Origin: Macrostomum lignano
Lineage: Eukaryota
DNA length: 60,120 bases
Assembly (NCBI GenBank): GCA_002269645.1
Contig: NIVC01002624.1
Coordinates: forward strand, 1 to 60,120
Direction of reading: 5' to 3'
Shown here: positions 51,301 to 60,120 of the stretch, one piece after another
Numbering within the stretch: position 1 is the stretch's first letter
How the letters are laid out: each line of letters opens with the position of its first letter
Notes under the pieces: model-generated
What the model was told of the DNA's origin: nothing
Database searches by the model: none
The model's input: only the letters and a program-made list of their open reading frames with translations
Program-made: the position numbers and the translations under genes

Positions 51301-52262
51301 GAGAATCTGACCAACTGAGAATCTGACCAACTGAGAATCTGACCAACTGAGGATCTGACCAACTGAGAATCTGAACAACTGAGAATCTGACCAACTGAGG
51401 ATCTGACCAACTGAGGATCTGACCAACTGAGAATCTGACCAACTGAGAATCTGACCAACTGAGAATCTGACCAACTGAGGATCTGACCAACTGAGAATCT
51501 GAACAACTGAGAATCTGACCAACTGAGGATCTGACCAACTGAGGATCTGACCAACTGAGGATCTGACCAACTGAGAATCTGACCAACTGAGAATCTGACC
51601 AACTGAGAATCTGACCAACTGAGGATCTGAACAACTGAGGATCTGACCAACTGAGGATCTGACCAACTGAGAATCTGACCAACTGAGAATCTGACCAACT
51701 GAGGATCTGACCAACTGAGGATCTGAACAACTGAGAATCTGACCAACTGAGGATCTGACCAACTGAGAATCTGACCAACTGAGGATCTGACCAACTGAGA
51801 ATCTGACCAACTGAGGATCTGACCAACTGAGAATCTGACCAGCACGACAGCTCACCTGCAAGTCCCGTAGACGTCCCAGATGGTGAGGCAGAGGCAGGCG
51901 TCCCTTGGCAGCGAGGCGATGGCGGCGGGCACTGCCAGCCATTCGTTCCAAGAGTAGGGGCCCCGCCTGTCGCCAGCCAGCTTTCCAACAACGGCTCGCT
52001 GAGTCTGCCGCGGCAAAGTCAGCCGGCGACCCTCCGAGTGCAGCTCTAGGGTGACGTAGGGCGAGTCGCCGTGAAAGTTCAGCAGGGCGTCCTCCAGAGC
52101 GGACTCTGGAGTAGCAGCCAAGCCGTTCGGCTGGCAGCCTTCCAGACAGCCGATTTTCAGTTTGAGATTGCATTTGTCCAGTTCGTGAGAATAGAGCACA
52201 TGGAGTACTGTGTCCTGCTGTTGCTGCTGCTGCTGGTACTGATAGTAATACTCCAGGTCCAT
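45400..52262 (-). CDS. PIK3C3: Class III PI3-kinase Vps34, 6 exons, 976 aa
   Basis: Exons 52262-51856, 50566-50191, 49113-48676, 48298-47852, 47042-46374 and 45993-45400 with consistent phases. C2 (LTIWDVYG, PIGGSCVSVFSKRG), helical (DLVWKYRYYL, LLYLPQLVQALRYE) and kinase (FKYGDDLRQDQL, LGVGDRHLDN, FHIDFGFILGRDPK, HDWTQ) domains. Confidence 0.96.
46140..46366. repeat. 18-bp minisatellite in Vps34 intron 5
   Basis: GAGAGGGAGATCACAG(A/G)T units. Confidence 0.92.
47072..47752. repeat. 20-bp minisatellite in Vps34 intron 4
   Basis: GGATTAGAGAGGCGATTCTG-type units. Confidence 0.93.
49194..49378 (-). mobile_element. Headless copy of the CORE-like SINE in Vps34 intron 2
   Basis: GAGCAAGACACTTAACTCT...CAGCTGTAAAATGGGTGCCAGCATTAGCTGGGGTAATTGAGG; the body and 3' end match 29270-29426. 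Confidence 0.85.
50597..50802 (-). mobile_element. ~205-bp retroposed insert with an A-rich tail and 12-bp TSD
   Basis: AGCGATTAAGCT occurs at 50585-50596 and 50803-50814; the minus-strand 3' end is GAAAAAGAAAGAAAGAAAG. Confidence 0.75.
50945..51840. repeat. 15-bp minisatellite in Vps34 intron 1
   Basis: GATCTGACCAACTGA(G) units, about 60 copies. Confidence 0.96.
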
Positions 52263-52329
52263 CCAAGCTCACAGACAAATTCAAGGGGTGGAGATTCTGG
52301 GTTAGAGATGCAAGTCAGCTCCATTAAGA

Positions 52330-52850
52330 CTCAGTATCCTCGCTCTGAATTCCACCATTGCCCAGCATCCTGTCTGAGCTCCATCCTTACCCAGTATCCT
52401 CGCTCTGAATTCCACCATTGCCCAGCATCCTGTCTGAGCTCCATCCTTACCCAGTATCCTCGCTCTGAATTCCACCATTGCCCAGCATCCTGTCTGAGCT
52501 CCATCCTTACCCAGTATCCTCGCTCTGAATTCCACCATTGCCCAGCATCCTGTCTGAGCTCCATCCTTACCCAGTATCCTCGCTCTGAATTCCACCATTG
52601 CCCAGCATCCTGTCTGAGCTCCATCCTTACCCAGTATCCTCGCTCTGAATTCCACCATTACCCAGCATCCTGTCTGAGCTCCATCCTTACCCAGTATCCT
52701 CGCTCTGAATTCCACCATTGCCCAGCATCCTGTCTGAGCTCCATCCTTACCCAGTATCCTCGCTCTGAATTCCACCATTGCCCAGCATCCTGTCTGAGCT
52801 CCATCGTGACTCAGCACCATCTCTACGAGCTCTTCATCACTCAGGATCTT
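52330..52850. repeat. 60-bp tandem array (dimer of diverged 30-mers) between NDUFA2 and Vps34
   Basis: About 8 near-identical units with degenerate flanks. Confidence 0.95.
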
Positions 52851-53283
52851 CATGGATCTTCAGCTTCATGAGCCCCAGCATCCTCTATGAGCTACACCAT
52901 TACCCAGAATCCTAACTGTAAGCAAAAGTAAAAAAGTCGATAAAGAAATGTTCTCCAATTAATGAGAACAAATATATCTGATTTATTACACAATATGCAG
53001 CAATAAATTCTACGCAAACAATGCAATAAGCTACTAAACTGAGAGTATACAGAGTACTACGGGTGTTATATTATAAATAAAAGCCTAACTTATCTTTACT
53101 AATTCAATGTCTTTAATTCCTACTGGACGTTGACAGCTAAGCAAGCTAAAGATTTAAAATTCTAGATCTAGGCAACTGGGGAGTCACTAAAAATTTAGAA
53201 TTTACGAGCGGTTTATATGCACATCCATACGACAATCGGTCAGTGGATCTTGCATTCACAGAAAACAACACACAACAATATTA

Positions 53284-53568
53284 TCAACGATTAGCCTGTT
53301 GAACAACGGTCTGCAACACCTGTTCACTGGTAGCATTGCTCAAATCGAAGGCCTGCTCACGGCCGCGCTCGTAGCGAGCGTGCAGAGCCGCCGGGGCGTT
53401 GCTGCACTCGCGAATCAGGATTGGCAGGCCGGGGTTCGCGCTCTTCAACGCCACATAGTGATTGGCTATGAAATCTCTGACGCCTTGGCTAGCCGGGGAG
53501 CGCTGGCACAGGTGAATGCGCAATTCTTTCAGGTGACGGGCGAGCTTGACGGATGCAGCGGCTGACAT
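53284..53568 (-). CDS. NDUFA2: Complex I subunit B8 (NDUFA2), intronless, 94 aa
   Basis: LKELRIHLCQRSPASQGVRDFI...LKSANPGLPILIRECS...ARYERGRE. Confidence 0.95.
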   Translation of the reverse strand: MSAAASVKLARHLKELRIHLCQRSPASQGVRDFIANHYVALKSANPGLPILIRECSNAPAALHARYERGREQAFDLSNATSEQVLQTVVQQANR

Positions 53569-53624
53569 AACTGGTTTTTATTAGCGATTGCATAAAGATG
53601 AGCAGTGCAGGTTGGATTAACTGT

Positions 53625-54180
53625 GTGCTATTGAGTAGCTAGCTGTGCTATTGGGTAGCTAGCTGTGCTATTGGGTAACTAGCTGTGCTATTGGGTAGCT
53701 AGCTATGCTATTGGGTAGCTAGCTATGCTATTGGGTAACTAGCTGTGCTATTGGGTAGCTAGCTGTGCTATTAAGTAGCTAGCTATGCTATTGGGTAGCT
53801 AGCTATGCTATTGGGTAGCTAACTGTGCTATTGGGTAGCTAGCTGTGCTATTAAGTAGCTAGCTATGCTATTGAGTAGCTAGCTATGCTACTGAGTAGCT
53901 AGCTGTGCTATTGGGTAGCTAGCTGTGCTATTAAGTAGCTAGCTATGCTATTGGGTAGCTAGCTATGCTATTGGGTAGCTAACTGTGCTATTGGGTAACT
54001 AGCTGTGCTATTGGGTGGCTTGCTGTGCTATTGGGTAGCTAGCTGTGCTATTGGGTAGATAGTTGTGCTATTAGGTAACTAGCTGTGCTATTGGGTAGCT
54101 AGCTGTGTTATTGGGTAGCTAGCTGTGCTATAGGGTAGCTAGCTGTGCTATTGGGTAGCTAGCTATGCTACCCAATAGCT
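53625..54180. repeat. 20-bp minisatellite (CTATTGGGTAGCTAGCTGTG) ending in an inverted unit
   Basis: Direct reading; the array ends with CTACCCAATAGC. Confidence 0.93.
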
Positions 54181-54440
54181 AGCATTTTAGTTAATATGGT
54201 AAATTAAAAGTTATGCTTATATACTAGGCCTTTGATAGCTTATATTGAGCTACAAAAAGAGTTGTATATCAAAGAAAATCTTTAATAGCATTGTATATAA
54301 CTTTGTAATCAAACTTGGTAAGGATACAAGCTAATACAATTGAAATTTTATGCAGGTTACCCCTATTGGAATAAATGTTAAAAACCCACGGACGCGCGCT
54401 TTAGAAAAGAGTCAAACTATTTTACCGCGCTTTAGGATTA

Positions 54441-54754
54441 TTAGAGATGTTCTGAAAGATCTGCAGTTTCGTCGAAATCAAAATTTGCTAACTTTCCAAA
54501 ATCAAAATTGAAATTTCCCGAAATCATAATTCAGAAAAACAAAGTTTAGTATGATCAACACTCACTTTTTTACTTTCAATTTACTGCTTAAGCAAAAAGT
54601 AATACATGTATATGTAGTAGAAAGTAGTTTATTTTTAGCGACTTTTTAGACACTACCAAAATTTTCACTTCTAAATTTTATTTTGAAATTGAAATTCGCT
54701 CTAAAAAATTTCAAACTTTGGAAAATTGAAATTGAATTTTTGGAACATCTCTAA
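54441..54754. mobile_element. Possible small MITE
   Basis: TTAGAGATGTTC is inverted as GAACATCTCTAA. Confidence 0.45.
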
Positions 54755-55379
54755 GCTTAATAAATTACGAGTGTATAAGCCCCTTCAACAGAGGTATTAT
54801 ACCCATTTCCATGTATATGTATTTGCTAGAGCAGCAGCCAGTAAGAAAGGGCAGCGCGCGTAGGCACTGCGTCTGTGGGCGCGCTGCGCTTTAGAAAAAT
54901 TTCAAAAGTGCGCCGGACACCGTCCGCGGTTTTACAACTTTTTCCTATAGGGCAGGTTACTCTATGGTATATTTTTATACACAATTTACTTAACATTTAT
55001 ATTTTTATAACTGTAGTATTAATCAATGTTTATTTGACAACAAAACAGAAAATATTAATGAATTTTACTAATAATTTAAATTATATTTCTAGGCTTAGTA
55101 GTAGTAGTAGAATATAATAAGGGATTAAAGACAAAGTATAAACATTAACATAAAGCAATATACTATAAGCAAGCAATTAGACAAAAAACAAAGATAAAAA
55201 AGACAAAATAGAAGACAAAGCAAAAAATAATTAAAATTGATCAATATATATATGTTGATATATTATAACATTTTTAACTAATCAATATTAAATTAGGCCT
55301 AAATGCCAAGAGATAGACAAGATAGGATAATAATTAAAATTAAAAATTATAATTTTTGTTAAAATCAAGGCCTATAACA

Positions 55380-55883
55380 GAGCAGGCCTATTCATTATTC
55401 ATTAAATTAATTGTAGGCCTAATGCTTGTTATTAGGAAATAAACTGAGATCCATAGTCAGGAAGATGGCCTTTTTCATGGAAAATTCTAGTACAAAAGGG
55501 CTGGCACCTTCTGGCATAGACAAGGAAGACAAATCGGGCGCAGTACAGCACAAGACAAAAATAATTGGTACAATTTGGTGCAAGACAAAACTTTTGACGA
55601 GACAATATTTTCTTAGATAAAAAATTAGCATGTTATTTCTTTTTATTAGCACTTTTTTTGCTGTTATATTGATAAGGCCTAGCTTTTTAATTAATTTATG
55701 TTAACATTGCATTTTTTATCAAATAGATTCAAATGGCATCTACTAAAATATGAAAGCGGATAGGGAAGTGGATACAGAATGTTTGCTAAAATGTAGAAGA
55801 TGGAATATTTTCTTAAATTATAAAAGCGGATATGGATGTTGTGGTGACTACATTTAGCTTTCTGTGCAGAGTGGGGGATGGGA

Positions 55884-55917
<34 letters not shown>

Positions 55918-56860
55918 GTACTTGCGCATGTGCATACTCTGGAGCGCAAACACGCCAGAGGTAGTGGCTGATTGGTCAGCCTAGTCAGGCAGGAAAATAA
56001 ACTGGTATTTATTGAGAGAGCTAGGCTTGGCCAGCTCTAAGATTTTCCTCTCTGCAAGCCACACAGACTTTGTTATAGATGTTAATTTAAATAGCGCAGA
56101 TAGCTGTCAGACAAACTCACAAGCAATAATTTTTTATCCCAAAAGTAACAAAAACTATGCCTATATTATTATGATTATAAGTATGACAAAATCATAGCTA
56201 GTACAAAAATGCTATTAGTATAAATTCCAAATTTAGAAAATATTGATTTTGAACTTGTTAGCTTATTAACAGTAGGCTATAGGCATTTTTCTTCTTTTAA
56301 TATATAATTTTCCTAGAATTCATACTGAGTAAGATTTTTGTAGCCATGTTATTTTGTCATACTTGTAGTCATATTAATATAGGTGTGGTTTTTACTCTTT
56401 TGGGGTCATAAATCATTGCTTGTAAGCTTGTCTGATAGCCACCTATGCAATTTAAATTAATATCTACTATTTGCTTCCATAATTTAAGAAAATATTCTAT
56501 CTTCCACATTTTAGCAAGCATTCTGCATCCACTTCCGCATTTTAATATATGCCATACAAGTTTTACAAAAAATACTGATTCATTGTAAAATACTCACTAC
56601 TCAGCTGGAAAATTTGTAAATAGAAAATGGAAAATTTGAAAAAAACATTTTTTTCAAAAAGTTGCGGTAAACAAAAACATTTTTTTATAAGATTTGTTCT
56701 GGTGCACAACACAATCAAACTTTTCAAATAAGATTCATTCTAGCGCTGGCACAAGCATGCCATGATCCTGACTTGACTATAGGATAAGATACCAAGTCTA
56801 AGAGCCAAATAGGGCTTACCAAAAAAATATAGGCCTATTAGAATGAATAAATAAGGGTCA
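55380..56860. mobile_element. AT-rich foldback element (long imperfect inverted repeat)
   Basis: 55760-55820 matches the reverse complement of 56480-56540, and 56100-56200 matches that of 56340-56440; centre near 56270. Confidence 0.7.
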
Positions 56861-58084
56861 AAATGATTGATTATTATATATGTACTATACACTTGAGCAT
56901 ATTTAAAATCTTCAAAATTAAATAGTCATTTAGGGCCTAACCCAAATTGTATCAAACTAAAATAAAAGTTTGCTTTAATTCTACTATTCAATCAACCTTA
57001 GAGTAGGTCTAATTAAAAAAATAAAATTAACTATGATTAGTATTATTAAAATGTGTAGCCTTTACTATGATCTAACGTAGCTATAAACATATAATCAAAG
57101 TTTGCATATGGCACTCAACAATTTTGTATATTCATAAAAAATTCATAATAGTAATTAAGTGATTTAGTATGTTCTTTGGTTTCAGGACTGACTTAATAGT
57201 ATTGTGGCAGATTTTTTTGCGTCAGGAGCATTTAAAAACGAGTTTTGAGGCATGGAGCAGAGGGCAGAAAGGTTTTCGGCAATTTTGGACTAAATTTAAG
57301 TCATGTAGGCTAGGGCGAATTTTTTGCACAGAACAGAAGTATGGCCCAAATTGGGTTAGATCCTAAAATGTCGTTGCATAAATTTTTTGTGTGTTTTTTA
57401 TATAATAGAAAGCTCGCAGTTTCTGAGCAAATGATCCATAATGTAATGTTTAGAAAATTATAATTCATCCATTACGACAATCGACAACTCAATTAAATTA
57501 AATCGCAAAAGTAATTCCTACGACTAATTTGAACTTGTCACTAAATTTCCGCGAAGTGCTTATCGATCAAAACAAGTTCGGACTACGAGTGTCATAGGAT
57601 CAGTAAATGGTAAGCCGTGATTTCTAAGATTTATAATTAAAAATGGCTACTTAATATCTTAGTAATATCGAAATCTTTGTTTGTCTGACGGATCAACTAA
57701 GCTGTTAAAACCGGTGTTAGTACGTTCTCTGTTCTTAATTTGGGAGCTACAGTCCAACAATAATTCCCGGTACAATCCTATAAAAGGTCACTAAGCAAGA
57801 CCTTTACATGTGCACCTGTGAATTGTCGATATCTACATGTATGTTTACGTCAACGCGCAGATCTTGGCAAAGTCGATTTTCCATCCAATGTACATGTACA
57901 TGTAAGGAGAGACAATTTGGATACTCCAGCATGAAGAATCAAACATGAAGTTTTGTCAAGATTACAATTACATGCAGGTTACAATTACATGGATGCGATA
58001 ACATCCAGCGAAGCGTCGGTAAGCTCGATAACCAAAAACGGCGATGAAGCTATTATTTTTTAGTCTGGATAAAGAACCTCGCAA

Positions 58085-59262
58085 TCAGGTCGTCCAAGTT
58101 CCGTTGTTACAGACGGAGACTTTACTCCTGCGCAGCGACACCGATTCGATGGTTAGAAAATCTTGTCGGGGTGCAGCACAGATACTATAGAATAACTGTG
58201 GAGTGCAGTCTGATTCAACCATCGTTAAGATCCTGCATGACCATACCTCAGGATAGGCAAGCTGTCCGCACGCTGAGTGCCCCATCAGCACAGCGTCGCT
58301 CAAAGCAGGTCCGCATGGAGTTCGCGCGTCTCATGCTCGACTAATTCGATGACGGCGCCTCAAAATTAGTGGACAATAATACCCTCTTGACTTACTTGAC
58401 TTAGCTGCAGGGGCTCCGTGCGTCGGAAACAGCGAGGAGGCATTTTCGCCCATTTTGCTAACCCCTGGCGACTACGGGCAGCTAGTGCTGCGGTGTCGCG
58501 CAGGGAGTTCCGGTGGTGCCGGTGTCCGCCAGCGCGGTCCCCCTCCGGAGAGTCCAGGAAGTGGATTGTCGCTCGCCCGGTAGCCCTTAGGTACAATAAT
58601 ACCCTCAGGGGTGAAGACACCTGGATCTATTTCAACGACCCGGAGACTAGGGAGCACAGCCGTCAGAGGGTCACCAGTGACGAGGATGCGCCACCGAAGT
58701 TTCGCCGCCAGCGAAGCTTCGGGATCAAATGTGATGTCCGTCACTTTTCTCACCGCTGAAGCATCTTGCGGCCAGTACGTTGCTCGAGCAACGATCACCA
58801 CAGTGACTGCTGGTACTGCAGGCACTTGATCAAGAGTAGCAAAAATCGAGAGATAAAGACACCTTCCTTCACGACGACAACGCACCTGCGCACGGATCAG
58901 AGTCGATGCAGCAATTTCTGCAGACAACGCAGCTTCAGCAGCTACCGCAGCCGGCTTTTTCGCCCGAATTCGTGCCTTGCGCCTTCTTCCTTTTTCCCAA
59001 GATGAAGAAGAATTTGAAAAGGAGTCGATTTGACTCGAGAGGAAGCTTGTGAATGCCTTGCAATCTGAGCTGGACTCGTTCCAAGAAGGTGATTAAGGGT
59101 GCTTCAGCTGGTGGTTCCAGCGAATGCAAAGATATGCTTTGATCTGAATGAAGCTGATGTTGAGAAATTTGATTAGGTTCCTAATCACGGGGTATAAATT
59201 AAATTGCAGCTGAAAACAACAATGCGAAGTGCATTTTTCCGAGAACTTAATTAACACCCTCT
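58085..59262 (+). mobile_element. Degenerate mariner transposase
   Basis: SGRPS, KILHDH..GKLSAR.VPHQ, WIV...GEDTWIYFNDPET, HDDNAPAH and FSPEFVPCAFFLFP; it has frameshifts and a lost third catalytic Asp. Putative right end ACACCCTCT-TA at about 59262. Confidence 0.85.
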
Positions 59263-59954
59263 TAGCCCATGGTCCAGCCCTGTCCCTCCAAGCGACATGT
59301 TGCGCCTTCCCGTGACTCCAGCTGTTCCTATCATTTGCACAAGCATCCTTATTCAGGTGCGAAAACTGTGAAAAATCGGCACCCCAAAAGCTCAATATCG
59401 CACTGCTTCGAACAAAATCACGAGATGCGAAGCATTAGTCAAAAAGCGAAATCAGATGTCGAATCCAAACGGAGACGATCGGCAGCACACAAAGAAGTCA
59501 CCAGATCCGGTTAAAAAAGAAAAGTAAAAAAATAAAATTCGGAAGAATCTTCCAAGGCTGTGAGTTTTATTGAAACGGTGAACATATCGTAAAAATTAAT
59601 TATTTTCTTGAGAATTCTATCCAGCCATTAAATACCTGGGCAGAAACTAACGGCCCTCCAGCCGCCAAAGAAAAGTGAGGCCGCATTGCGCTCATAAGCC
59701 AATTGTTGCTTTGGCCCCCTCTCAGCTGCCCGTCACTCGCGACTGTCGCCTACCCCGCGCTCACAAAGGCCCAGCGCGGTGTCATAAAGTCAGCCATAAC
59801 CCGAGCGATGTCAGAGGGCTTCCGGGGCTCTCCTGCATTTAAGTAAGTCGATTTCTAGCCCCAGGAAAGTCAAGCAATCTGCGACTCTGCAACTGCCGAA
59901 CTGCAACTTCTCTGACTCGAATATTCGATAAACCTCGCTCTACAAGCCGAAGCC

Positions 59955-60095
59955 ATGCTGAGATTTCTGATGCTCCTCGCCGTTCTGATTCTGGTGAGCG
60001 CCACGCAACAGGCGGCTGCTGCTGATGAATGCAGCTGCCACCCGAATGGATTCTGGCAATGGAGGAGAGAAGTGCAACCGAGGCTTCTGCAATAG
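59955..60095 (+). CDS. Small secreted peptide; probably longer and Cys-rich through a frameshift, running off the window
   Basis: MLRFLMLLAVLILVSATQQAAA signal peptide, then DECSCHPNG; closes after 46 aa as assembled. Confidence 0.55.
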   Translation: MLRFLMLLAVLILVSATQQAAAADECSCHPNGFWQWRREVQPRLLQ

Positions 60096-60120
60096 AGATA
60101 GCCAGGGCGGCTGCTATTTA

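Noticed and set aside
50859-52284. ORFs of 328-461 aa on the minus strand
   Set aside because: 15-bp intronic array; the true Vps34 frame splices at 51856.

Overview
Eukaryotic (metazoan) genomic DNA, not prokaryotic. GT-AG spliced, GC-rich exons with polyQ runs sit among many micro- and minisatellites and decayed transposons. The style suggests a free-living flatworm such as Macrostomum (inference, not verified). Eight protein genes and one tRNA lie on the minus strand between 0.8 and 53.6 kb: SLC35B2/PAPST1, a two-alpha-crystallin-domain small HSP, tRNA-Cys(GCA), a tincar-like membrane protein, an otopetrin, an unrecognised secreted helical-repeat protein, MRPL13, PIK3C3/Vps34 and NDUFA2. 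A small secreted Cys-rich peptide gene begins on the plus strand at the window end. Mobile DNA includes an internally deleted Penelope-like element with a 3' hammerhead ribozyme, a second hammerhead in a TSD-flanked hairpin nested in a MITE, two CORE-like SINE copies, a dead mariner, several MITEs and a large foldback. The strongest leads are (1) the 491-aa secreted helix-LPE-helix repeat protein, whose exons are homogenised while its introns are not, (2) an operon-like NDUFA2-Vps34-MRPL13 run in which MRPL13 has no start ATG, and (3) the two hammerhead ribozymes. Most long ORFs in the supplied track are artefacts of tandem repeats. All exon boundaries were read by eye.
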